Of a stretch of 64,000 bases of DNA, positions 51,828-64,000 are shown piece after piece. Position 1 is the first letter of the stretch. Each line of letters opens with the position of its first letter. The notes below the pieces were generated by a model. The model saw only the letters and a list, made by a program, of their open reading frames with translations. It was not told the DNA's origin and ran no database searches. Location of the stretch: positions 38,812,001 to 38,876,000 of the forward strand of contig OX597828.1 in assembly GCA_951406725.2 (NCBI GenBank), given 5' to 3'. A program made the position numbers and the translations under genes. The stretch is from Octopus vulgaris. Its lineage: Eukaryota.

Positions 51828-52959
51828 CGGCTGAATTTAATTTGCTGTCGGTCGTCTCACCATAAAACCGTGAGTTTAGACATTGTTGTAGGCAGAATAT
51901 ATTAATCTAACAACTTCCCACCCATTTCAGCGGAGTGATACCCTTTTATATGGTTTAATTAGATGTAGGATATTCAGCCCTAATAACACACACACACACA
52001 CATACACAAAAATTACACCCACTTTCTTTTAGCATCCAAGGTAGAATAGGAAATATAGACATGTGATAGATATTAAAAAATTAAAATGAAGAAGAACATC
52101 AGATGTAAGTCACTAAATAACGTTTTCTAATGTGTAAACTAGAGGCCAATCTGATCCTTCTCTCTTCATAAAACTATTTGGCAGAGCTGAAAGTTCCCAC
52201 AGATGATTTCCTGTATTTCAGTAAGACAGATTCTGTCTTGTCATGGCATCATCTTAACCCTTTAGAACCTCTCAAAGCAGTCAGGGGTAAACAGCAGCCT
52301 GTGGGACTTTCTGATTGGTATACCTAACGAAAAATTATTGTGAATTTGTTTTAGTGTGGTCTGTTTGATGATGAGCTATGTCTCTTATGCGGCCCACTTC
52401 TTGAAAAAGGTTGTCCAGGTGCAGGTGTGTCTGTATCATAAGAAGCTTGCTTCCCAACCACATGGTTCTAGGTTCAGTGTCACTATGTAGCACCTTGGGC
52501 AAGTGACTTCTACGATACCCTCAGGCTGACCACAGTCATGTGAATGGATTTGGCAGACAGAAACTAAAAGAAGCCCATTGTGTATATATATATGTGTGAC
52601 TTTGTGTCTGCCCCCAGTACTATTTGATAACCGGTGTTGTTATGTTTACATCCCCGAAACTTAGAGGTTGGACAGAAGAGACCAATAGAATAAGTAACTG
52701 GGTTCGGTTCATTCAACTAAAAACACAAATTCTTCAAAACGGTGCTTCAGCATGGCCACAGTCTAATGAACTGATACAAGTAAAAAATAAAGTCCTAAAG
52801 TTTCATTCAAATTTCAAAGCACTACTTTGTTCCACCAGATTGCTTAAAACTAAGAGGTTTTTTTTTTTTCAAATTAGTATGAGAGAAGGAGGGACAGAGT
52901 CTGTGATTTCTACAAGCCCTCCAAGACAGGTGAGATTAATGAGGTTGATACTCAGTTCA

Positions 52960-53310
52960 CAGAAAAGTATGGGTAAGTAGAGAATTCCATAAGGCTACAT
53001 TCCTAGGAAGGAAAGGCTGAATGAAGTGTTTACTATAGTGGTCGACAGGATGAAGTATATTAAGGATTACAAGGAGGAGGAAGAGGAGAAAGTGGGTGGG
53101 TTGCATGAGATGGGTTATACGATACCCTGCCACCAGAATGAATAGAATCTCCATCCCTGAAGACAAGAGTTCACTATTTCACTCACAGTCTTTGGAGTTA
53201 GAGGAAAGGATTTTGAGGAATTATAGCAGGGCCTATCAGTTTTTTTAATGTTTTTGGTACCAATCTGCAAGTGATTCTGTATGATAAAGCCTACTGATTT
53301 GTAAGGGTTC
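52960..53310 (-). pseudogene. Ancient CR1/Jockey-group LINE 3' ORF relic
   Basis: HYSKHFIQPFLPRNVALWNSL resembles the SF.PR...LWN.LP C-terminal motif. Confidence 0.6.
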
Positions 53311-53323
53311 ATGTTTAAAATAA

Positions 53324-53688
53324 GGCGTAGGAGTAGCTGTGTGGTAAGTAGCTGGTTCTGGGTTCAGTCCTACTGCGTGGCACCATGGGCAAGTGTCTTC
53401 TACTATAGCCTTGGGTCAACCAAGCCCTGTGAGTGGATTTGGCAGACGGAAACTGAAAGAAGCCCATCATATATATGTATATATATGTTTGTGTGTCTGT
53501 GTTTGTTCCCCAAACATCGCTTGACAACCAATGCTAGTGTGTTTACGTAGCCGTAACTTAGCAGTTCGGCAAAATAGACCGATGGAATAAGTACTAGGCT
53601 TACAAAGAATAAGTCCTGGGGTCAATTTGCTCAACTAAAGGCAGTGCTCCAGCATGGCCAGTCAAATGACTGAAACAAGTAAAAGAGA
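53324..53688 (+). mobile_element. Family A CORE-type SINE
   Basis: Near full-length match. Confidence 0.9.
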
Positions 53689-55384
53689 ATTTGATGCAAG
53701 GAAGGAAGAACTGCATTTTCCAGTGTTTGTATCCTTGTTAAAGAAGGTTGGTTCTTATCTTAAAGAGATTTGGCTGCTACTTCTAGCATACCAAACAGCT
53801 ACACAGAAGCTTCTTTATTAAGTTAAGTCTTAGTAATTCTAATGTCAGTAATAGAAGAGATAGTTGACTTAGATGAAAGCAGATTAACCCTCTAACATTC
53901 AGATTAGCAAATGAAATGCTTATTTATTCACATAGTTTTGAGTGGTTTGTGTATTATCTCAAAGCTCCAAGATTTTGATGATGTGATTGGTTATTTGAGA
54001 AGGATATTGTAGAGAAGATATGAGAGGCAGGGTTGAACATAACACAGGTAGAATACCTGAGCCTGATATGGCTGGTTTAATCCTTTAGCATTCAGATTAC
54101 TCATTCAAATGTAATGCTTAGTAATTCACATTATTTTGAATTAATCATGAATTAATCTTGTAACTTTGAGATTTCAGTGTCATGATAAAAAAACAACAAA
54201 AATAATAATGACGATGATTTCTTTTATTAGCTGCAACAACCCAAAACAATGGGATGGTACAAAAGCAAAATACAGAGTCAAACAAAATGCTCAAAATAAA
54301 ATATTTGGTGTGTGCAGCATAATTTCATACTAGATTAAGATATGGCAAACCTGGAGCAAAATACTTGTGAATTATGCTTCATGACCAGTGATTCTCAGCC
54401 TTTGTAATATCCAGGCCAGATCCAAAAGCTAGATTTTTTTTAAGGGGCCACACCGAAAAAAGTAAAACACAAGTCAGTTAAAGAAAAATTTATTATAGTT
54501 ATAGAGAGAAGACCGCCAAGGGCTGCCAGAAGGATGTTTGAGGGCCACATGCGTCCCTGTGAGTCATGGCTAAGATCCACTCACTATTCTAGACATTAAA
54601 AGGGCCACTTCTGAAGCCACAGTTCTACACAATCAAGCTGAGTGAAAGCAACAACGAGAGTTGAGAAAGTTTGTCATTTCTGAGAGCATCTATCATCTGC
54701 TTATACCAACATGTAAGAAACAAGATGGCGGCAATGAGGGGGGGGGGGAGCGACTTCCCCCAAAATCCAAATATTTCAGCAGCTGTTTAATGAACCTTAC
54801 ACAAAGTGTAGGTCTGCGGTGAAAAGGGGTTTAAAAAGTGTAGGTCTGCAGCGAAAAGAAGGTCACGTAGTGTATCTGACAAGAAACTCAGTAAGGAAGA
54901 GAATCTTGACCTAGTTTTCAACAATCTTTTCTGAGTCATAAAAAAAAAAAAGGGCCCTGATGAATTCAGATTATTTAACCCTTTAACTTTCTGAGTACTC
55001 TGTCATATATAATACTGATTTACTCACATTAATTTCAATTAATCATGCACTATCTGATAGCTTTGTGTTTGTTCATTTTTAGAATAACATTGTAGAGTGG
55101 GTGTGAGAGGTAGAATCTGATCCATTGGAACATAAAACAGGTAGAATATGTGGGTCAGATGCGAACAGTTTAAATGCTAAAGGGTAGCCTGACATTAACT
55201 TGGGCTGAGGTATAAAGAAAGAGCAATAAATATTGACTGTGCAAAACAGAGCATTATTGGAATATTATTGGAAACTATACATAGACAAAAAAAAAAGACA
55301 AGATGGGCACAGATGGAATGTTTTAATTATAGGCCTACTCAATCAAGGCCAACTCGGGGCCAAACAGAAAAAATCAAGCAAGTA

Positions 55385-56255
55385 AACAAGGAAGCAGATA
55401 CACAATCACTCAACCTGCTAGAAATACCAAAGCAAATCTCCCTTAAATTACATATTACCATTTTTAAAAAGTACACATTTAAAAAGCCTCTGATAGTCAA
55501 TAAGTTGAGATGGTCGTGGTTGGAATGTCTTTGATCATAGGTCTACTCAGTAGACAATAAAACCATACAAGCAATGAGAGTGCCTACATCAGGCACAGGC
55601 AATCTTCTTCAAGAAGTGGGCCACGTGAAATATGGCTCGTCATCAGACAGAAGGTCCTACTAAAAGAAATTCAAGGCATACCATTCAGAAAGCCATAGGG
55701 GCCACAGTTAATCCATAACTGGTTTATATCGTCACTATGACTACTAGAAACGACAACCAACCTCCATCAAGTCATCTTAGGGAAAAAAAAAAATTTTTTT
55801 TAATTTATCTTGGACAATGTCACATCTGATAAATAAAATGGTGGGATGGAGATAACTTGAATACTTGTGATCACAGATCTGTTTCAAACCTAAATGATAC
55901 AACAACAAAAAAAAACATTCTGCAAATAGATGTAAACATCAACACTATCAGGATCAACTAATTAGATTACAAGCCAGCAAGAGTCTCTTTGTGTACATTA
56001 GAACTAACTGAAATGGCAGCTAAATCTCCTTCAAATCACGTATTATTATCTTTAAGCAAAAACACGTTGGTTAATGTAGTCTAAAAAAGTAAAAATAAGA
56101 AGAAAAAAACTCTTCTTTATGGGTTTGTATTTTCAGGACAGACCTGGGACTAAACAACAAGCCAATGAGAGTGTCAATGTGATCGCTCAATTTGCTTGAA
56201 ATAACAGCCAAATATTCCTCAAATCATACACCATCGTCTTTGAAAAAAAAAAGGC
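55385..56255 (+). repeat. Array of degenerate family G units (~200-250 bp; tgctagaaatagcagccaaatctccctc motif)
   Basis: Motif copies lie near 55410, 55740, 56005 and 56185. Others are at 6065, 24780, 49360, 61815, 63700 and 63930 (+) and at 6450, 18790, 19975, 31935 and 53770 (-). Confidence 0.7.
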
Positions 56256-56263
56256 ATGGAAAT

Positions 56264-56672
56264 AGGCACAGGAGTGGCTGTGTGGTAAGTAGCTTGCTTA
56301 CGAGCCACATGGTTCCGGGTTCAGTCCCACTGCGTGGCACCTTGGGCAAGTGTCTTCTCCTATAGCCTCAGGCCAACCAAAGCCTTGTGAGTGGATTTGG
56401 TTGATGGAAACTGAAAGAAGCCCGTCGTATATATGTATATATATACTTATATGTGTATATAATTGTGTGGCTGTATTTGTCCCCCCCCAGCATCGCTTGA
56501 CAACCGATGCTGGTGTGTTTACGTCCTCATAACTTAGCGGTTTGGCAAGGGAGACTGATAGAAAAAGTACTAGGCTTCCAAAGAATAAGTCCTGGGGTCG
56601 ACTTGCTTGACTAAAGGCGGTGCTCCAGCATGGCCACAGTCAAATGACTGAAACAAGTAAAAGATAAAAGAT
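56264..56672 (+). mobile_element. Family A CORE-type SINE
   Basis: Full-length match. Confidence 0.9.
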
Positions 56673-57416
56673 AGTTGATAATGTAAGCCTAACTGTGTCT
56701 GAATGAAAAAAAAAGGTAAAGTCACAGATGGAACATCTTCCATATATGTTAGCTGGATCAGGGCCGACTTGTTGCTAAACATTCACCAACTTACTGACTT
56801 GGTAACCATAGAATAAAAAAGAGAAAGAAACAATGAAACTCACAGCAGCATTGTGATGCAATTATCTAACCAGACATGTTGGAAACAAAATAAAAAAGTT
56901 AGTAATCCTCAATGAAATGAAAAGTCAAAAAATCACATCAAACGAAAATAAATTCATGAAATGAAAACCTGTCCAAAGTTGCAGATTCTTAAGGGGGGAA
57001 AAAAAAAACGATTGTGAAGTTCACCTTTGACTCAAAATGAGATCACAAGGATTTTGGTAATAAAAAATAAACTAAAAACAATTAGAGATCTAAGAAAGTT
57101 TGTCATTTCTGCAGGCGCCTCATCATTTACTCACACCTGGTAGCAGGAAACAGTAGGGAGGGGAAATCAACAGCTGTTTAAGAAAAAACATAAAAAAAAG
57201 AACAAGATTTTCAAAGAGATTAATTTACAGGAATAACAGCAGGAATGACCTAGATTTTATGTATCATAGCTACACCAGAATAATCTTGGAGGTAAAATAA
57301 CAAAGCAGAAAAAGGTACTGGCAATGCCTTCTTCCAAACAACTGCATCTTATAGATATTGTTAAAACCAAACGTATCTTGAGAGGATTTACAAACAATAC
57401 TGTCAAAGACAATATA

Positions 57417-57634
57417 ATATTCATTTCTACTCTAGGCACAAGGTCTGAAATTTTGAGGGAAGGGACCAGTGGATCAGATCGACCCTGGTACACAACTGGT
57501 ACTTAATTTATCGACCCCGAAAGGATGAAAGGCGAAATCAACCTAGGCGGAATTTGAACTCAGGACATAAAGACAGATGAGATACTACAAAGCATTTTGC
57601 CCAGCATGCTAACGTTTCCGCCAGCTTGCCGCCT
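57417..57634 (-). mobile_element. Family C SINE
   Basis: Reverse complement of the 29037-type unit. Confidence 0.85.
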
Positions 57635-57667
57635 TAAAGACAATATAATATAGTACAAAGAATATTA

Positions 57668-58034
57668 TCTCTTTTACTTGTTTCAGTCACTTGACTGCGG
57701 CCATGCTGGAGCACTGCCTTTAGTCGAGCAAATCAACCCTAGGACTTATTCTTTGTAAGCCTAGTACTTATTCTATCGATCTCTTCTACCGAACTGCTAA
57801 GTTACGGGGAAGTAAACACACCTCCATCAGTTGTTAAGCAATGATGGTGGTGGTGGTAGTGGGGGACACAGACACACATACATAAATATTTACATATATA
57901 CGATGGGCTTCCTTCAGTTTCCGTCTACCAAATCCACTCATAAGGCTTTGGTTGGCCCGAGACTATAGTAGAAGACACTTGCCCAAGGTGCCATGTAGTG
58001 AGAATGAACCCGGAACTACATGGTTGGTAAGTAG
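57668..58034 (-). mobile_element. Family A CORE-type SINE
   Basis: Near full-length reverse-complement match. Confidence 0.9.
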
Positions 58035-58939
58035 CTATCTACATGTACTTCACTGATAAATAGTTTTGGTCAACACAAAAGGATTCTTGTCTCCTGAAAC
58101 CAATCTAAGTTTACAAATTTTATTAAATGATTTTCACTGGCAAAAACTGATACTAGTTTAGCAGAGCTCAAGTTTTTTTTTTATATTTATTTTATCAACT
58201 CTTATTTTTCTTTTACTTCAGCCATCCTGGGGCAGCACCGCCAAGAATTTTTAGGAAATTGAATCAACCCCAGTACTTATGTTTTTGTATTTTTTTAAAG
58301 CCTGGTACTTATCCTATCAGTCTCTTTTGTTGAACTGCTAAGTTAGAGGGATGTAAACACACCAACACCAGTTGACAAACAGTGGTGGGGAAACACATAC
58401 ATATATATATATAAAATACATACATATGTGACACGTAAAAAGCACCCACTACACTCTCGGAGTGGTTGGCATTAGGAAGGGCAACCAGCTGCAGAAACAC
58501 TGCCAGATCAGATTGGGGCCTGGTGCAGCCTCCTAGCTTCCTAGACCCCAGTTGAACCGTCCAACCCATGCCAGCATGGAAAACGGACGTTAAGCGATGA
58601 TTATATATATATATATACACACACACATATATATATATATACATATGAGATGGGCTTCTTTCAGTTTCCATCTGCCAAATCCACTCACAAGGCTTTGGCC
58701 AGCCTGAGGCTATAGTAGAAGACACTTGCCCAATGTGCCATGCAATGGAATTGAATTTATAACTATACAGTAACAAAAGTAACTTTTGGGGAAGAAGCTG
58801 TACTGATGGCTTTCCATTACCAGTAAAACTGATAACTGATGTGGGAATAGCATTCTCCCATTTAGTAGTCTCAGTTAAGCATTGTAGAGGATTAGTAGTT
58901 ATTAGGGGCTGGAGTTATTTTCTGTCCCTAAAGAGAAAG

Positions 58940-59400
58940 ACGAGTCATTGAGGTGCAATCTCTGCTTTGTAAATAATGTGTGTTTGCAAGGAGAGACCCT
59001 CAGTAATAGAGAAGACTAACATTTGGAGTAACCCCAAGGGCTTCAGTTGCATGCTGCTTATATGGTAGTGATGCAGGATAAAGTCTTCTTGATATGTAAA
59101 TAATTGTGTTTTTGATGTTGAAGGAGGCAAGACTGGTGCAACTGCATTGGAGGATGAAATATTGGAAGGCTGATTCCCTCCATTACAAGCACTATGCTGT
59201 TGTAATCCTGAACGGAGTACTGATGTGGCCCTGATCCAATTAACGATCGATATAGCAAATACTAAAAGAAGGTGGGTGACTTAAAATGGAGCATTCTAAC
59301 CAAGATCAAATCTTGTGAAAGAATCAATGAAGAAAAAGTGAATCACTGCATGCGATTACTTTGCACTGATATAATCATTGTCATAAATGATAAGGAACAG
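58940..59400 (-). pseudogene. Highly degenerate CR1/Jockey-group reverse transcriptase relic
   Basis: SKTQ...LQMLVFSITEGLSLQTHIIYKAEIA resembles N..KTQ...LG......LSW..HI...A..A in LINE RTs. Many stops and frameshifts. Confidence 0.5.
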
Positions 59401-60041
59401 CACTCCAATTAGCATAGTTACAGGTAACATATTATAGACTTCATGATAAATCAATGAAAGAAAGAAACATCCATTCAATTACATAAGCAGGTGAAGCTAA
59501 AATCAATCTTAAAAATTTTGCTTCATATTCTGCTAAATCTGTTAATACTATGTGTATCCTGGTTTTAAGAATCGACATATTGTTATCACTCACCGCATGC
59601 TGTAAAGGGTGATTAAAAATGGTTGGTGTATAGCTGGACAGCTGACCATAAAACACTATCTCAAAAAGTTCCCTCCAATACATGTCAGCATAGATAAGCA
59701 GACATTAAAACAATGTTATGAGGAAATTTATCATTTTCTTCTTTGCTTTCGTAACAGAGACGAAGTAGTGAGTGAAATGACGAAGTGGGAACCAATACAC
59801 GGAAAGTGACCTAGGGGTCATCCTGTTACAACATTCATCGACCAACTGTTTGAAGGCTCTGGTCTACTGAAGAGCTAACAATCAAGAGCAATGCACAAAA
59901 GGGAATTCTGGAGAAAGTAGTCTGCAGACTATGAGGAAAGTACATAGGGATCATTTTCTTAGACTAGAAATCTAACAACATACCTACTTTCTTGAATCAC
60001 ATTTCTCTGTTACCTTGTTATTTATTATCATTTTATTTTAC

Positions 60042-60512
60042 AGGTGCAGGTGCGGCTGCGTGGTAAGAAGCTTGCTTCCCAACCACACAGTACCAGGTTC
60101 AGTCCCACTGCATGGCACCTTAGGCAAATGTTTTGTGGTAAGTAGCTTGCTTACCAACCACATGGTTCTGGGTTCAGTCCCACCGCATGGCACCTTGGGC
60201 AAGTGTCTTCTACTATAGCCTCAGGCCAACCAAAGCCTTGTGAGTGGATTTGGTAGACGGAAACTGAAAGAAGCCTGTCGTATATATATGTGTGTGTGTG
60301 CGTATGTTTGTGTTTCTGTGTTTACCTCCCCGCCCAAACATCGCTTGACAACCAATGCTGGTGTGTTTGCGTCCCCATAACTTAGCAGTTCGGCAAAAGA
60401 GACCGATAGAATAAGCACTAGGCTTACAAAGAATAAGTCCTGGGGTTGATTTGCTCGACTAAAGGCGGTGCCCCAGCATGGCCACAGTCAAATGACTGAA
60501 ACAAGTAAGAGT
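60042..60512 (+). mobile_element. Family A SINE with duplicated head
   Basis: The head segment gtggtaag...ggcacctt.ggcaa occurs twice (60060-60128 and 60135-60203). Confidence 0.85.
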
Positions 60513-62149
60513 ATAGTCTCAGGCCGACCAAAGCCCTGTAACTGAATTTGGTAGAGGGAAATGAAAAAAGCTCATCATATATATATATCTGTATCTGTGT
60601 TTGTCCTCCCACCATTGCTTGACAACAGGTGTTGGTGTGTTTACATCCCTGTAACTTAATGGTACAGCAAAAGAGATTGACTAAAATTCTTCAAGGTAGT
60701 GCCCCAGCATGACTGAAACAAGTAAGAGATAACCTAAAGATGTAAGGACAGTACCCATAGCCTTTTTGTAGCAAGACTGAAGGATAACCTGGAGAACTGA
60801 TCAAAATGCAAGTGACAGAATGGACTCGGTGGTAGTTCATTCATTCATATTTACACCCATTTTTCTCCTTCCTTGCATGTGAAGGACAAATATGTTACTT
60901 GAGGCATTGTTTATAGCTGGTTGCTCTTCATGACACAAACCCTTATTTGTTTTTCGAGTAAGGGATCCTTTATTCTGCTTATATCAGACGATTTGTTGAC
61001 AAGCGAAACTACCAATAACACTGCTTCCTGCATTTTCATACAAGGAACTGCAAATGTAGACAAACACATATAACGGTCTTCTCTCAGTTTCTGTCCATTG
61101 AATCCATCACAAGGCTTTGGTTGGCCCAGGGCTGTAGAAGACACTAGCCCAATGTGCCAAACAGTAAGACTGAACCTAAAAACACATATTTGGAGAATAA
61201 ACTTCTTGACCATATGCTCACACACACACATATATATAGAGAGAGGGGGAGAAAAAGAGATTATGATATTGTATTGGCAATTGTGTGTCTGTGCATGAAG
61301 TTCCTATGTTAAACACATGTTGTTAAGCCATCTTGTCACAAACTCTGCTCTTGTTTATCTCTCATGTTACACCTATGATCAAAGGTATTCCATCCATAAT
61401 GATCATCAAAGGGTTTTTTGTTTTTTAATCACAACCACATTGTATCTAGAGCAGCAGTATTCATCATCATCATCATCATTTAACACCCATTTTCCATGCT
61501 GATTTCATTTTTGGCCAACCATACAGAAGCTCTTTGCCTCCAAAGCAAATGATACTTATCTCTGAAATGGTCCAGTCCACCACTAAAGCTTCACACCAAT
61601 TAATATAGATGGCTCTCCTAACCACAGAATTATAGGGCTTTCAAAACCTACTCCCTACCAATATATTCCTTTTACAACCAGCAGTCTGTTCTTAAAAGAT
61701 AATTGCATATAAGATTCCCAACTCTCACCTGACTAAGGTCCTGAAATAGTCCCTTCTTCATAGAAAAATGACTTTTCTAGCAAGCCAAATGAGAAAACCA
61801 CTATGTTATCACTTAACATACTAGAAATAGTAACCAAATGTCCCTTCTAATAAAAAGTGGTTTGGCAAAAGAAACCAACAGAATATGTACCAGACTTAAA
61901 AAATAAATATTGGGGTTGATTTGTTTGGTCACAGCCTTCAAAGCAGTGCTCCAGTATAGCCACAGTCCAATGATTGAAATAAAACTAAGATGCCACATAA
62001 AAAGCATCCAGAACACTCTCTAAAGTGGCTGATGTCAGGAATGGTATCAGCTGTAGAAACCAAGCCAAAAGCAGACTACGGAGCCTGATGCAGCCCCTAA
62101 CATTGCCAGCTCCTATCAAGCCGTCCAACCCACACCAGCATGAAAAGAT

Positions 62150-62665
62150 CCCGTAACCCGTGGCCTATGCCAGGGGTGTAACCAGCCCACATATGCGTTC
62201 CTTTCCTTCAGTGGACACTAAACTCTGCTTGCGAAGACCCGTTGAGGCAAGTGAAATTGAAATTTTTAAAAATTCACAAATTCAATGATTGGCACCTGTG
62301 CCAGTGGAACACTAAGAGCATCATACGAGTGTGATCACTGCCATAGCAGCTGACTGGCTTCTGTGCCGGTGGCACGTAAAAAGCAGCATTCAAACGTGAT
62401 CGTTACCAGCATCACCTTACTGGCACTTGTGCTGGTGGCACGTAAAAAACACGACTTGAGTGTGGCCATTGCCAGTACCACTTGACTGGCATGTAAAAGC
62501 ACCCACTACACTCTTGGAGTCGTTGATGTTAGGAAGAGCATCCAACTGTAGAAACTCTGCCAGATCACATTGGAGCCTGGTGCAGCCATCTGGTTCACCG
62601 GTCCTCAGTCAAATCGTCCAACCCATGCTAGCATGGAAACCAGACGTTAAACGATGATGATGATG
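62150..62665 (+). mobile_element. Family B element, long version with internal tandem units
   Basis: Same 5' part as the 9111 copy (ggacac.aaactc..cttg.gaagacccgttgag), several ggtggcacgtaaaa units and a (GAT)n tail. Confidence 0.85.
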
Positions 62666-63196
62666 TAGGAAAAAAAAAAAAAAAAAAAAAAGAGAGTCTC
62701 TCAATCTTGAAAAATATATGAGTGATCATTAATAAAAACACAGGTGCAGCTTGTAGTTACAAAACTTGATTCCCCAACCATGTAGTCTTGAGTTCAGTGG
62801 CCACACTCAAGTCGTGTTTTTTACGTGCCACCAGCACAAGTGCCAGTAAGGTGATGCTGCTAACGATCACGTTTGAATGCTGCTTTTTACGTGCCACTGG
62901 CACAGAAGCCAGTCAGCTGCTATGGCAGCGATCACACTCGTATGATGCTCTGTGACACCTTAGGCAAGTGTCTTCTACTATAGCCTGGGGCAGACCATAG
63001 CCTTATAAAACTGAAAGAAACTCCCTACGTGTGTGTGTGTGTGTCATGTTATGTTATGTTTGTCCCACACGACCACTTGACAACCTGTTGTTGGTTTGTT
63101 TACCTCCCTATAATTTAGCAGTTCAGAAAAAGAGACAGGGGGAATAAGTGCCAAGTGTTAAAAAATCAGCACTGGGGTCGATTTGTTCGACTAAAC

Positions 63197-63424
63197 CTGT
63201 GGCTCTCAACGGGGAGTGGTGGGGCATAAGATAGTTAAAATTTATGTGCAATAAAATGGTTATACTTCTAGAGCACAAAATATTTCAAGATTTTAATACA
63301 GTTTTTAACATTTAATCATACAAAATATAATAGGGTTTTTTAAACATCAAATGGCTATGAGGGTCCATCTGAGTAACATAGGAATCAAAGGGGTCTAAAA
63401 GTAGAAAATGGTTGAGAAACACTG
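63197..63424. mobile_element. hAT (Charlie/MER5-like) MITE inserted in a family A SINE
   Basis: ctgtggctctcaac ... gttgagaaacactg termini, with degenerate 8-bp TSD gactaaac / gattaacc. Confidence 0.7.
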
Positions 63425-64000
63425 GATTAACCCTTCAAGACAGAACCCCAGAATAACCACTGTCCAATAATTGAAAAAAGTAAAAGATAAAAAATACCAA
63501 CATTAATCTGAAAATGTTTCTTAATGACAATTAATGAAGATTGTCGTCTGTATTAAGTCAACTCATTCTCATAATACTATTTACAATTCATTTGAAAAGA
63601 AAACCCGATTAGGAGCTAACATTAGATAAACACATCTATCCACTCTTAGTATTTTAAAGAAGCGACGAAGTTTAGTCAAGGTAAGTATCTTTATGGTCAG
63701 CTAATTTGCTAGAAATAGCAGCTAAACCCTTCACAGATCACACTCTACTATCAAATGAATAAATAAAAAGGAAATGGTGTTAAGACAAATCATTGCGGAA
63801 TATGCAAAAACGACGGGATGCTCAAAGCTGGAAAGCCTTTTATAAAAGACCTGCTTGAATAGAGCTGACTTGAGCTAAAAATAATCCCAACACCAGTTAA
63901 CGCTAACAAGGGAACTTCTACGTGTGGTCGCTCGATCTGCTAGAAATAAGAACCAAATCACCCTCAAATCAAACCATAAAAGGAGAAAGACACTCTGCAT

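Overview
AT-rich, CpG-depleted, microsatellite-rich eukaryotic non-coding DNA. The repeat families look like those of an octopus (coleoid cephalopod) genome; this is inferred from recalled SINE consensus sequences, not from a search. I found no credible intact host gene: the long ORFs are translations of simple repeats or SINEs. The window is a mosaic of tRNA-derived SINEs (at least 3 families), RTE-LINE 3' ends, CR1-group and RTE LINE relics, three Tc1/mariner relics (DD34D, DD37D/maT, and a fold-back with two 5' ends), TTAA-, TA- and hAT-type MITEs, and a non-autonomous Helitron. The most notable signal is a set of short non-autonomous elements carrying minimal type I hammerhead ribozyme (HHR) motifs of the Penelope-like-element kind: at least 9 motifs in 4 unrelated families. 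One family has a tRNA-derived Pol III head and one has a fixed CUGUYGA core variant. Several copies have inverted duplications of their own 3' ends. A further short repeat family has a reconstructed 5' end with an HDV-ribozyme-like pseudoknot topology. Several local template-switch duplications are also visible. All alignments and folds were done by eye.
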